Below, one piece after another: positions 9,911 to 21,700 of a stretch of DNA of 64,000 bases. Source of the DNA: Giardia intestinalis (taxonomy: Eukaryota); the NCBI GenBank assembly GCA_000002435.2, contig CM018790.1, one strand, 5' to 3'. Each line of letters opens with the position of its first letter. The first letter of the stretch is position 1. The notes under the pieces were generated by a model that did not search any database, was not told where the DNA came from, and saw only the letters and a program-made list of their open reading frames with translations. The position numbers and the translations under genes are program-made.

Positions 9911-11239
9911 ATGGGCAAGGAGAAGAAGCACATCAACCTCGTCGTCATCGGGCACGTCGACAACGGGAAGTCGACGCTGACGGGCCACCTCATCTACAAG
10001 TGCGGCGGGATCGACCAGCGCACGATCGACGAGTACGAGAAGCGCGCGACGGAGATGGGCAAGGGCTCCTTCAAGTACGCGTGGGTCCTCGACCAGCTCA
10101 AGGACGAGCGCGAGCGCGGGATCACGATCAACATCGCGCTCTGGAAGTTTGAGACGAAGAAGTACATCGTCACGATCATCGACGCCCCGGGCCACCGCGA
10201 CTTCATCAAGAACATGATCACGGGGACGTCCCAGGCCGACGTCGCGATCCTCGTCGTCGCGGCGGGCCAGGGCGAGTTCGAGGCCGGGATCTCGAAGGAC
10301 GGCCAGACGCGCGAGCACGCGACCCTTGCGAACACGCTCGGGATCAAGACGATGATCATCTGCGTCAACAAGATGGACGACGGCCAGGTCAAGTACTCGA
10401 AGGAGCGCTACGACGAGATCAAGGGCGAGATGATGAAGCAGCTCAAGAACATCGGCTGGAAGAAGGCCGAGGAGTTCGACTACATCCCGACGTCCGGCTG
10501 GACCGGGGACAACATCATGGAGAAGTCCGACAAGATGCCCTGGTACGAGGGCCCGTGCCTGATCGACGCGATCGACGGGCTCAAGGCCCCGAAGCGCCCG
10601 ACCGACAAGCCCCTCCGCCTCCCGATCCAGGACGTCTACAAGATCTCGGGCGTCGGGACCGTCCCCGCGGGCCGCGTCGAGACGGGCGAGCTCGCGCCCG
10701 GGATGAAGGTCGTCTTCGCCCCGACGTCCCAGGTCTCGGAGGTCAAGTCCGTCGAGATGCACCACGAGGAGCTCAAGAAGGCCGGGCCCGGGGACAACGT
10801 CGGCTTCAACGTCCGCGGGCTCGCCGTCAAGGACCTCAAGAAGGGCTACGTCGTCGGGGACGTGACGAACGACCCGCCCGTCGGCTGCAAGAGCTTCACC
10901 GCCCAGGTCATCGTCATGAACCACCCGAAGAAGATCCAGCCCGGCTACACGCCCGTCATCGACTGCCACACCGCGCACATCGCGTGCCAGTTCCAGCTCT
11001 TCCTCCAGAAGCTCGACAAGCGCACGCTCAAGCCCGAGATGGAGAACCCGCCCGACGCAGGCCGCGGCGACTGCATCATCGTCAAGATGGTCCCCCAGAA
11101 GCCCCTGTGCTGCGAGACGTTCAACGACTACGCGCCCCTCGGCCGCTTCGCCGTCCGCGACATGAAGCGCACCGTCGCCGTCGGGATCATCCAGGAGATC
11201 GACAAGGAGGAGTTCAAGCCCCCCAAGGGCGGCAAGTGA
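9911..11239 (+). CDS. EF1A: Translation elongation factor 1-alpha
   Basis: Full-length 442-aa EF-1alpha with [17 protein letters not shown] and NKMD GTP-binding motifs. Codons end almost exclusively in G/C, the known signature of highly expressed Giardia genes. Confidence 0.97.
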   Translation: MGKEKKHINLVVIGHVDNGKSTLTGHLIYKCGGIDQRTIDEYEKRATEMGKGSFKYAWVLDQLKDERERGITINIALWKFETKKYIVTIIDAPGHRDFIKNMITGTSQADVAILVVAAGQGEFEAGISKDGQTREHATLANTLGIKTMIICVNKMDDGQVKYSKERYDEIKGEMMKQLKNIGWKKAEEFDYIPTSGWTGDNIMEKSDKMPWYEGPCLIDAIDGLKAPKRPTDKPLRLPIQDVYKISGVGTVPAGRVETGELAPGMKVVFAPTSQVSEVKSVEMHHEELKKAGPGDNVGFNVRGLAVKDLKKGYVVGDVTNDPPVGCKSFTAQVIVMNHPKKIQPGYTPVIDCHTAHIACQFQLFLQKLDKRTLKPEMENPPDAGRGDCIIVKMVPQKPLCCETFNDYAPLGRFAVRDMKRTVAVGIIQEIDKEEFKPPKGGK

Positions 11240-11245
11240 GTAAAC
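11239..11245 (+). terminator. Putative polyadenylation signal (AGTAAAC) overlapping the EF-1alpha stop codon
   Basis: ...ggcaagTGAGTAAACg. This matches the Giardia AGTRAAY poly(A) signal, which typically overlaps or closely follows the stop. Confidence 0.45.
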
Positions 11246-11669
11246 GTCTAAGCGCAGGGAGAGATCAGCTGGTCGTTATCTCTCAATGACGGCGTCGGCT
11301 CGCTGCCTTTCCTGGGTGTTTGGTGCACGGACCTGGGGTGTTTACTTCCTTTGCAAGAATCGATAAAAACGTCATAAACGCTGAGAAAGCCGAAATGTAG
11401 TGTAAGTAGAAATCTGAGGGTTGATGGTCATAAATCGAGCAATTCTACGCAGCATACCGTAGGGAGATAATATGGTGGTTTCTGCGATGTGAGCTGAAAC
11501 GCCGATTGGACCTACCTGCAATCTTAAGAGGAAATCTCAGAATTGTTCTCTACAAACAACTGCCCACAAGAATTACAGACAGAGGTGTGGCGTATACTTT
11601 ACTGACAAAAGTCCTAGTTCTGTACTTTTGCAGTATGTAGTTTATTATATTCCGTTGGTTTATATTTAA

Positions 11670-14600
11670 ATGCTTGCGGTCCTTGGTCTGCTGATCGCCT
11701 TTCAAGCAGCGAAGTGTACACACTCCAACCAGGTCAGCGATTGCGCAGAGGACCGTTGCGAGGAGATCAACGGCCACGAGCTGTGCACAGAGTGTAGGAA
11801 TGCTGGCTACATACCCTTCAACGGACACTGCATTAAGTATGATAGCGAGCAACACTCTTCATGCAAGAGTGCAGATGGTACACCCATTGTAAGCGAAAAG
11901 AGGTGCGGGATGTGTACAGACTCCATGTATCTATACAAAGGAGGCTGCTACGCGTGCGGTAATCTTTACCCCGGGAACCTTATATGTAGCGAGTGCGATA
12001 AAGGAGTTTGCAAGTCTTGTACGTCTGGTTTCTTTAGGAACCCTGCAGCGTCGCAAACAGTCGATTCGTGTGTTCGGTGTGATGACACAACAGGAGTGGC
12101 GGACTTTGTAGGAGTTGCCGGTTGCCTGCATTGCCTCTCGCCGTCTAAGTCTAAGGGTCCTGACGTGGCCCTATGTGTCAAGTGTAAGCTCTCGACACAC
12201 AAGCCTAATCCGAACGGAGACATTTGCTACAGATGCGAGATCCCAGACTGCCCTAGGTGTGCGGCTGATGATTCGTGTGCAGTTTGTGGTCGCGGGTATC
12301 TTAAGGGAACAACCAAGCGTGTTTGCGTCTCTCAGTGTGGAGTTGGCTTCTACGTAGCCCCTACTCAGCTGCGACAATGCAAAAAATGCTCTGGTGCGTG
12401 TCAAACCTGCGAAGGACCTAATGAAACAGATTGCACCTCTTGCAATGAATCGGAGGGCTATTTTCTGGCAGCAGAGAATGGAACGGGGAGGTGTGTTTCC
12501 TGTGGAGACGAGCAGGGACACGCTGGATGGAAAGGAGTAGCAAATTGCAAGACCTGCATTCCTCCCAGTACGCCTGGAGTGGTTAAATGCACAACATGCG
12601 AGTTGGGCCATTCGCCTATTAATGGAAAATGCGAAGTAGAGTGTGGCGAGCCATCTGGGTATTGCGAAGAAAATAGCTGTAACGTTGCCTGGAGCGACGA
12701 TCTCCTCTGCTCTCGGTGCATCGAAGGATATGCGCCTATCGAAGGTATGTGTAATGTAGTTACACCCGATCATGGAAGTGGCTGCGTTGCCAATAAGGGA
12801 CGTTGTGAAAAATGTGGTTTGTGGTACTTCCTTTACCAAGGAGGATGTTATAACGTATGGTTGGGATACAATCACTTTGTTTGTTTAGAAGCCGGGGCCA
12901 AACCTGAGGAAATTGGGTTGTGTAAGAGGTGTGCAAGTGGATTTCGGAATGAGAAAGGTATTTGCGTGCGCTGCCGGGACCCGTACTGTAAGACGTGTAT
13001 TCAGGACACAAACACGTGCGAGTCCTGCATCGACGGATACTACGATCCGAGCTTTTGCAAACGATGCCACGATGACTGTGAGACATGCGTAGGAGAAGGT
13101 CCAAGGCGATGCCTCACATGTCCCTCGAAGAAGTACTTATTGCCTATATATAAAAACATCGGAGTTTGTGTGGATGGGTCGCAATGTGGCTACGGGATGT
13201 ATGGAGATATCTCTTCTCAGAAGTGCCTTCCCTGTAGTGCAGGATGTGCTACATGCAGAAGCTCGAGAGATGATGAATGCATATCCTGCTACCTCCGGAC
13301 ACACTTCTTTGTTCCTACTGGGCAGAACCGTGGCAAATGCATCGAATGTGGAGACACAACCAATCCTAAAGGGATTAATGGTTGTAGAGAGTGCGCTATG
13401 GAAAACGATTTGGTTAAGTGTCTTTCTTGTAGGGTCGGCTATATATTGGTCAATGGCAAGTGCCAGTCCCACTGTGAGGACCCCAATTGCGCGGCGGGCT
13501 CGTGCATGGTGGGAATAGGCGAGGAGCTGTACTGTAGCTTGTGCAAGACGGATGGACACGCGCCTGTGGACGGCATTTGCACTGATGTAACAAGCGCACA
13601 CCCCAGCGGTTGCGTGACTGGCGTAGGTTTTGACTCAGCGCGGAGCTGTATTCGGTGTGGTGCGGGGTACTTCCTGTACATGGGCGGTTGCTACCAGGAG
13701 AACAAGGAGCCCGGAAAAAGCATCTGTACCTGGGCAGGTGTTCCTGGTTACGTTAATGGAAACAACTACGGTCTTGGTCTTTGTAATGCATGTGCCGCCG
13801 GCTATGAGAACCAAGACGGAGTCTGCCGCCCCTGTACCACGGTGAATTGCGAGCGGTGCCGGATGGATGACCAGGGGGAGGTGTGCACACACTGCATGGT
13901 CGGGTACGTTCTGGATCAGGCAGGCACATGCACCACCAAGACCATGGGTTCATGCACGGTCCCAGATTGCGCCGAGTGTACTGAGGGCAAGAAGTGTCGG
14001 CGTTGTGGACCCGGGTTCTTCCTCACCAGTGTGGGGACCTGCGTGGACAACTGCAGAAGCATTCCCGGGCACTACGCACTTGATGCCACGGAGAAGAGCC
14101 CCGCAAGGTGCGCTCTGTGTGAGATCCCGAACTGCAAAGAGTGTGGAGCCGGTAAGCTTTGTGCTGTGTGCTCGGACGGGTACTTCTCCGACAACGGAGT
14201 CTGCACTCCTTGCGACAGCACGTGCGCCACCTGCGTAGCTAAGGGCCCCAGTAGCTGCGTGTCTTGCCCGTCGGGCTACGCGGTAACGTCTGAATCGGGG
14301 GTCGGGGAGTGCAAGAAACCGTGTACCCCGTCAGCCGACGGCTGCAAGAGGTGCGACGCGAGCATCGACGGAGCAAGCTACTGCTCTGTATGCAGCGCGC
14401 AGACCGCGTTCCCTCTGAACGGCAAATGCGTCGGGCTCTCCGCACGGGCAGGGTCCGCGTGCGTCTCTGTGGTCGACGGCGCCTGCACGAGTTGTGCAGA
14501 CGGATACTTCCTCCTGTCGGGAGGATGCTACCAGGTGGACACATATCCTGGACGCACCGTCTGCCATGCAGAGGAGAGGGGCGTGTGCACCAAGGGCGCG

Positions 14601-15104
14601 CACGGAAAGATGGTCAGCGAGTCGGGCATCCTTCAAGAGTGCTCGATCGCAAACTGCGCCGAATGTACGGCCGACGCCTGCGTGACATGCAGGCTGGGGT
14701 ATGTGAGCGTGGACGGCCAGTGCCAGAAATGCGCCCAGGGCTGCGTCACCTGCATTGCCCCGGACAATCCGCAGATGTGCACCCTCTGTGACACAGGGTA
14801 CTACCAGTCGACAACTGGATCGGCGTTCACATGCACAGCGTGCGGTGCGGACAACAACGGCATGAAGGGGGTCAACGGATGCACTTGCTGCATGCCTCCT
14901 GAGGGCAAGGTCGGATCCGTCCTCTGCTACTCCTTTGATGCGCTCCCGAGCATCATCCCGACGCCCAAGCCCAGCCCAGATCCAGTCCCGAGCTCGACAA
15001 GGAAGACGGCCTTCATAGCCGGGGTATCTGTGACAGCAGTCCTCCTTGTCACGGGCCTGGTCAGTTTTCTCCTGTGGTGGTTCCTATGTAGACGCAGCAG
15101 GTAA
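11670..15104 (+). CDS. High-cysteine membrane protein (HCMP; VSP-like cysteine-rich surface protein)
   Basis: 1144 aa with pervasive CXXC spacing and four GGCY motifs (YKGGCYACG, YQGGCYNV, YMGGCYQE, LSGGCYQV). N-terminal signal peptide MLAVLGLLIAFQA. Single C-terminal TM helix FIAGVSVTAVLLVTGLVSFLLWWF. The cytoplasmic tail is CRRSR, not the VSP-invariant CRGKA. A/T-rich leader tatatttaaATG. Confidence 0.85.
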   Translation: MLAVLGLLIAFQAAKCTHSNQVSDCAEDRCEEINGHELCTECRNAGYIPFNGHCIKYDSEQHSSCKSADGTPIVSEKRCGMCTDSMYLYKGGCYACGNLYPGNLICSECDKGVCKSCTSGFFRNPAASQTVDSCVRCDDTTGVADFVGVAGCLHCLSPSKSKGPDVALCVKCKLSTHKPNPNGDICYRCEIPDCPRCAADDSCAVCGRGYLKGTTKRVCVSQCGVGFYVAPTQLRQCKKCSGACQTCEGPNETDCTSCNESEGYFLAAENGTGRCVSCGDEQGHAGWKGVANCKTCIPPSTPGVVKCTTCELGHSPINGKCEVECGEPSGYCEENSCNVAWSDDLLCSRCIEGYAPIEGMCNVVTPDHGSGCVANKGRCEKCGLWYFLYQGGCYNVWLGYNHFVCLEAGAKPEEIGLCKRCASGFRNEKGICVRCRDPYCKTCIQDTNTCESCIDGYYDPSFCKRCHDDCETCVGEGPRRCLTCPSKKYLLPIYKNIGVCVDGSQCGYGMYGDISSQKCLPCSAGCATCRSSRDDECISCYLRTHFFVPTGQNRGKCIECGDTTNPKGINGCRECAMENDLVKCLSCRVGYILVNGKCQSHCEDPNCAAGSCMVGIGEELYCSLCKTDGHAPVDGICTDVTSAHPSGCVTGVGFDSARSCIRCGAGYFLYMGGCYQENKEPGKSICTWAGVPGYVNGNNYGLGLCNACAAGYENQDGVCRPCTTVNCERCRMDDQGEVCTHCMVGYVLDQAGTCTTKTMGSCTVPDCAECTEGKKCRRCGPGFFLTSVGTCVDNCRSIPGHYALDATEKSPARCALCEIPNCKECGAGKLCAVCSDGYFSDNGVCTPCDSTCATCVAKGPSSCVSCPSGYAVTSESGVGECKKPCTPSADGCKRCDASIDGASYCSVCSAQTAFPLNGKCVGLSARAGSACVSVVDGACTSCADGYFLLSGGCYQVDTYPGRTVCHAEERGVCTKGAHGKMVSESGILQECSIANCAECTADACVTCRLGYVSVDGQCQKCAQGCVTCIAPDNPQMCTLCDTGYYQSTTGSAFTCTACGADNNGMKGVNGCTCCMPPEGKVGSVLCYSFDALPSIIPTPKPSPDPVPSSTRKTAFIAGVSVTAVLLVTGLVSFLLWWFLCRRSR

Positions 15105-15731
15105 GTGAATTACCCAGGTGGTGAAATTGCTACCTCATACTGTATTGCATTACCCACAAAATCCTCTACTGTGAGGGATCGCTTCTAGATATGGATGGAA
15201 AGTACTAAAATTGAGGTGTTGTTAGTCTACTTGGGATCCCTCGCAGGCTGCTGTAACTACCAAGTCCCCGGGGATAAAGCCGTGCCTCTTTCGAGAGTAT
15301 AGCAAAGTAGGTATCGTATGACAGGAATAAAGGCAGAGCGGCATCAGTTCCAGTAGCCACGCGGTTAACGAGACAGAACGTTCGCAAGCAATGAGATAAT
15401 AGAATGATGGCCTTCATTTCGAGACTAGGCATCGATAAGCACCTCGCAAGGTTGAAGTGTTAGTTGCCTATCATGTTGTAAATCCATAAGCTAAAGTTAG
15501 CAGTCAGATAGGTGGCGTCATTGAATATATCTTCGCATTAGAGCGGGAGCTTTCAATGAAAAAGAAGATGAAGCATGCTTAAGAAAAACTGCCAGTTCTA
15601 ATTCAGTTATCACAGAGTAGGTCACCTTGCACGTAGAAGGGTTATGAGTACTATGACTGTGCCCTGAAACCGGTCTAAAGGCTTAACGAGAGTAATGCAC
15701 GGGAGTTACTATTAAAAAATCCAGAAATAGC

Positions 15732-18700
15732 ATGTCTCCTCCGGTTCTTACGCGCGAGCGTCGACTGAAGAGATTCGGCATCGAGTGCGTCTCTGAGATC
15801 CTCTTCTCTGGGTGGAAGCCTGATGGACGGGTCCACACCCAGAAGCTGACACTCAAGAATACAGGTAAAAGCCTTCAGACGCTTACATATATGCTTCCAC
15901 AAGTCCCTAATTTCTTTGCTCCTTTCCCCGACCCTATACCTCTACCCGTTGGCATGGAGTACTCTATACCCATCTCCTTCAAGCCCACCAGTACCACAGA
16001 GCTTGAGACATACTTAGGCATTCATAGTTCCTTGGCAAATGAAAAGTTTTATATTAAGTTAAGGGCTGAGCTACCAAAGCTTTCTTGTCAGATAGAGCGA
16101 GACCTCGACTTTACGAGGGATCCCACTGCAGTTGCAGAAAAATCTTCTATTACCACACCGTTGCTTAATGACGGTGAAATTCCTTTTCTTTTCACGTTTG
16201 AGTCTCTCCTCCCATTCACTGTTTCGCCCATAACTGGGATAATTTTACCTAATGAGCAGTGTCCGGTGACCTTTTACTTTAACCCTAAAGAAGCCGGCAG
16301 TTTCTCCGGAGAAATTGTACTTTCAATTAAGAAGACGTCTCCCGACCAGCTGGCCAAAGATGAGAAGATCGTCTATGTGGTACATCTGAATGGACTAGCG
16401 CAATACTCATTCATGCGGATAAGCTTTCCCGATCAAGCAGGAACCGTATGCTGCTTTAGGCACACTCCTCTTTTTTCTACTGCATCTAAGTTGGTCTACT
16501 TAGAGAACGACTCCAACGTTCCTTTCTCATTCTCCGTCCACCCTTCTTGGGAGGAACGGGCAGGGTCTGAGGATCACGGAAGAGAGCTATCAGAATATTC
16601 AATAGAGCCCCGTACAGGATTAATTGAAGCTCACGGGAAGACCACTCTCAAGGTAAAGTACACACCTCTATACTGCAATGCATTCTACAATAGCTCGGAC
16701 GTTTACAATGTAGAGTATGTTACCATCGAGGCATTGTCTGGGGTAAAAACGCAGTTTTCAATCGAGGCCTCGTCCTGCCCTGTCCCTTTGGAGCTCTCAG
16801 AAAACAAAATTAATTTAGGAGTTGTATCATTTGGTCATGTCGTCTCCCATACTGTTCAGCTCAAAAATGCAGGCAAGCATCCATGTCCCTTTGAATTCTC
16901 AGCTCCGTTCTTGCGCTCATACAGCACCCCCACGTCATTTGTGGACCCTATAAGTGGGAAGTCTAAATCGGCTAAGGTCATCCTATCTGATAGTAGCGAG
17001 TTTCTAAGTGCAAACCTTCTCATTCCAGATACCGCAGATATAGGACTAACTAACCAGGTAAGGCCGACCAAACGACTCTTGCGTGACCTTCCATGCTACA
17101 TTTCTCCATCTTCCGGGATAGTTCCGGCGGGGATAGCGATTACTCTACAACTACAATTAGACCTGCGGGGGTATACTTCGGAAGTCTCTACATTGGGCTC
17201 CAGAGATGGTGACGGTAAAGGCTTCTTTGCCCCATATCCCTTGGCCGGCTACATCGCGTTGAAAATCCCAGGCGGATCTCCACTCTTTCTTCTTATTTCA
17301 GCTTCTATTCTGCCTGAGAAAGGAATTGATGTTCGTCCCCCGCCTATTACGTTGAGCTATATGGAAAGCTGGCTTGAAATGCGCAGTCGTTACAACATAG
17401 ATGAAGTCTTCTCTCCTCTTACCCCGAGACTTGGAGAGGACCAGCCGCGATACGAACTGTCTCCGTTATTTAATGACTCGGACCTTCCTGAGTTTGCTAT
17501 CAATGAGGCCATGAAGCAATTGAAGGGCATCTGCCAGCCTATCTGTCAGAAGATTAGTGATTATCAACGAACCTCACCTCTTGCTGGTTTTACAAGCGTG
17601 TCAGGAGTAGCAAGCACCTTTCCCTATGCAATGGATCCTTCTATGTCTTTGAACTATGAGCTGTTTGGCTCCCCCGTTACATACTTAAAAGGTGGTGCTG
17701 GAATCAAAGTCTCCCAGCAATACATTGATTTTGGATATGTAGAATATGGTGCTACAGAGATTGCATCCTCATCAGATGCGCGTGAAACCTTCTTTTATAT
17801 CTACAACGACAGCAAGGATGTTAGCCTGATCGTCTCGTGGACCTGCTCCACTATAAGGGGCGGCTTCAAGCTGAGATTTAATGGAATCAGTTCGCAGCCA
17901 GACTACCATCCGTCTATGGCTTACACGATTCCAGAGTTAGACGAGCAGGATGCTGTTGCGGAGTTTATCGCCAGTAAGGGCCCTATTTCTCCAACAATAC
18001 TTACCGAGGATGACGGAGTCTACCTTCCTATCGTGCTAAGTCGAGGCCTCATCTGCAGAATACCTCCTCAGTCATATGGACACTACTCCATTCTCTTCAT
18101 CCCTGATCAATCTGACTCGTTCTATCACACACACTTTACAGCTATTTGTGCTCACGTGCCATTACTACAATACCGAAGCATGCGCCACTGCATCGTAGGC
18201 TCTCCGATTCACACATCAATAAGCGTCACTGGCTGCACGCGTCAACCTCTGAAACCCACGTTAAGTTCTGGAATGCCCGAAATATCTCAGCCTGTTGTAA
18301 CAATGAACAGTCGTTATTACCTGGTAGCGCCTCCGTCCGCTCCCGGCCGTGTTACTCGGACATCTTTTGCACTGACCAATAACACTGAGAGCCATATGAT
18401 ATTCTCGTGCGTCCCTTCTATTTCTTCTGGTCGAGACGCACAGTTTGAACATGCTCATGATCCTACTGCTTCTTTCTTGTTTATTTCACCAAAGATTTTT
18501 GTCATTCCCCCCAATGGTGGAACAAAGATAGTCACTTTTGCCGTCTTTTTCCCCCAGGACGCTATAGAAAATAAGACTAAATACGGTTATGCCAACGTTG
18601 ATAGATCCGCCCTTGGGCTGTCCTCCACTGTGCTCTTCTCTACAGACATTCAGTTCAAGATGAATGGGAGTGAGGAGACGAACATAACCATTAATTTTAG

Positions 18701-21700
18701 CGCTATCTGCTCTGCCCCAAAGCTTATCTTAACCACAGCAAGTGGGCTAAATGAACGGCTTCTTCTTAATTTCGGCATGGGAAGGGATAAGCCGACAAGA
18801 CAAGGAGCCACAACTGCTTTGGGTGATCAGTTCATCAATCACGAGATATTGCAACAGTTAACTCTTCCTCCGCCTCTGTTAGATACTACCGAGCGTAGAT
18901 TTGAAGATACAGAGGGGTTACCAGACGTACCCAACTCCGATACAGTAGACATTGCATTCAGTCCTGTATCAATAGGCTCAGAAGTGCTTCATAATTGTAT
19001 GTTGAAGAATGCATCGGCTGTCCCCGTTGAGGTCCATTTCGACACCAGCTTGTATGTTAGCGAAGCGAAGCAGTGTTATATGCTCATCTCTTCGCCTCAA
19101 GTTACAACGTTACAGCCATACAGCATTTTGCAGCTACAGTTTAAGGTGTTTGCAGATCAGACTTTACTCAGCATAGGAAGATACCAATGGCCCTTTAATG
19201 TTCACGCCTTTATACCCCTAAAGCTCCTCCCTGGCTTCGATTTTGTTACCGCCATCAATCGTGCAGACTTTTATTACGACAGACTGCATAGCTTGTGCTC
19301 TAACACGAATTTAGAAAGAGGCGAGGAAATTGACGGGGACACGCTTATTGCTGTGTCCACAGAGTTGTGGCGTGATGTTTTGAACCATTATACCCAGACA
19401 CCTCTATCAGATATTGTCAGAAGCACTGCCTCCTTTGGGCTCCGTAGCCACAATTACTTTAGAGCAGGGTACGTGGGTGACGCTTATTTGTCAGCCACCA
19501 TACCGCAGCAGTGTATTGGTGTTCCTGAGGTGGCTAGAGCGATGGTAGCAGACACCCTTGTTACAGGAAAGCTTGGTGCCATTATCAGTGTCACACCGCG
19601 ATCTGTAACACTGACACCATCGATACTAAATCTTGGGCCATTTATTCCCGAAACAAGCCACGATATGCACTTTGTGCTTAAAAACAGCAGCAATTGCTCT
19701 ATCTCTTTTGTTATTGAGATACATGAAATAATGCCCAACTTCCCCTTTCTACCCGACCTAGATTCATCAGAGGTATCTCTTAAACGGTATTTATTTGAGC
19801 AAGCGAATGATGGAACAGAATGCTATGTTCCTTCTCTACTCAATAGATTGACGAAGGGTGAATCTGTACTTACAGATAACCAAGTCAAGCGTTGCCCAAC
19901 CTTCTTTGTTCGGACAGGCTCCTGTGGAATTGTTCACTCGAATGCTCAAGCCACGATCACTATTGTGGCAGTTCCTCGACGAGCAGGGTTTATCAAGGGG
20001 CGACTCGTGGTAAAGGTAGTTGAGCTTGTAGGGGCAGTGCTGAGCGAAAATGCTATTTTGGACGAGCTTCGATCAGAATGCATTTACGTTCAGGGCTTAG
20101 CAAAGCAGCTTCTCAGTATACCACTCAAGGAAACGGATACCTTATTCACAAGCAACATTGAAATACGAGCCAATTACCCCAAGTTTTTCATCGCTGATGC
20201 CAGCTGTCCGAAGGTCCCTAGCAGCCAGCTACGTGATATTCTCGACGTTGATTCCCTTAACGAATTTCTATTGGGCGATGTGACGGCTGGAGAACGTGTT
20301 TACAGGAAAAGCCTTCTTATGCGAGAAAAGCTTGCACGAACTATTCTCGATTCGGACCAGCAAGAGAGCGCCGAATCCCGTGTAAGCCAAGTGACACGAA
20401 TGGCTAGGAGCAGGAAAAAATCCGATATAAATGCACAGTCATTGGTCTCCTCTGAAACAACGTCTGTACCGCGTGGAGATAATATTGAAACCACAGTGGA
20501 CATTGAAAATGTGAAGCTTATAAAGTCATTTCCAGTAGTCCTTGGACCAGGTAACAAGCAGACGACAACTTCCAATTACAGAGTCATTCTATCACTGGCT
20601 AATCCCTATGACATCCCTGTTGAGCTATCTCTCACGCTTCCCCACGAGGAACCCAATCTTGAGGCTTGTCCATGGGCTAGAAGTCTTCCCCCAAAGCATG
20701 AGCAGCGAGCCATGGATTTGCTCTCGCGGGGAGTATTTATCATTGCACCAGAGCGTATTTACTTAAAGAAGAATGAGAAGCGTGCATTCATTATAACTTA
20801 CTCTCACGTTGAGGAAGGTGTCCACGAGCTGCAAGTCCAGGTCAGCATAACCAATGGCCGAGTGTTCATTCTGCATCTAATCGGTCAAACGTTAGGTAAA
20901 GACGAGCCAGCCGTTTTAGCACCTATAGAGCAACGCTTCTTGCCAATTGCATTGGGAGAGATCATATCTCCGCGTCAAATTGTAAAACTGACAAATCCGG
21001 GAAAAGTTGGCGTCAATTATGCTTTTCTACGCCCAGAGATGTTTATTTACTCTGCCGAAGGAGAACTAATATTATTAGATCAGGATAGCGATTCTCCACA
21101 ACAGTCGAATCTAGCTCTGCAGGGTTTGCGGTGTTTTTCTGTTGAGAACCATGAAAATTCAGAAGATACATCTGTTGTCGTGCAGAAGGAGCTTACGGTT
21201 CGCCAAAATGTCACGGACATTCTAACATGCTTAAACCCTCGCGGATATTTGGCCCCGAACAGCTCTATTAACATTGTCTTTAGCTTCAGCCCCAAGTGTG
21301 TAGGCTTCCACCACTTCAAGGTGGGGCTAGTAATTTACCCCACTAGCAAGCCCGGGATAAAACTAGAGCGACCACGCAGTCACGGGCTCAAAGAAGTCAC
21401 TGCACCAGGGGCTTCTAACGAGGAAAAAATGGGAGATCATAGTAGTATTAGTCCAATCAATCCCCGTTCCATCAATACAACCTTCACTCATGAATGCGGA
21501 AGTCCTCGTAACGATATTTCCATGCACACAACAGATTTGGAAGCCTATTACGACGCCAATATTTTGGACATCCCAGCGGGCGGCCTTGTGGGATACGGAG
21601 AGTTCGATGATGATGGACTAATAGAAGGCGCTAAGCCTGTTCCGACTAACAAGTTAGCGGAAGTACGCAGGAGTAACACAAATAGTAGAGCAGGAAGTAG

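Noticed and set aside
9896-10978. 360-aa antisense ORF and 244-aa +2-frame ORF (10555-11289) overlapping EF-1alpha
   Set aside because: Their composition is Arg/Asp/Gly/Leu-rich nonsense, typical of shadow frames of a GC3-saturated gene. EF-1alpha on the + strand is unambiguous.
11670-15104. Calling the cysteine-rich protein a variant-specific surface protein (VSP)
   Set aside because: The C-terminal tail is CRRSR rather than the invariant CRGKA, and the protein is much longer than typical VSPs. It is called HCMP instead.
15105-15731. Possible C/D-box snoRNA in the 628-nt spacer (tgatgg / ctga strings)
   Set aside because: The motifs are imperfect (no exact RUGAUGA C box with a properly spaced CUGA D box and terminal stem). 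Not supportable by eye; an Infernal/snoscan run is needed.
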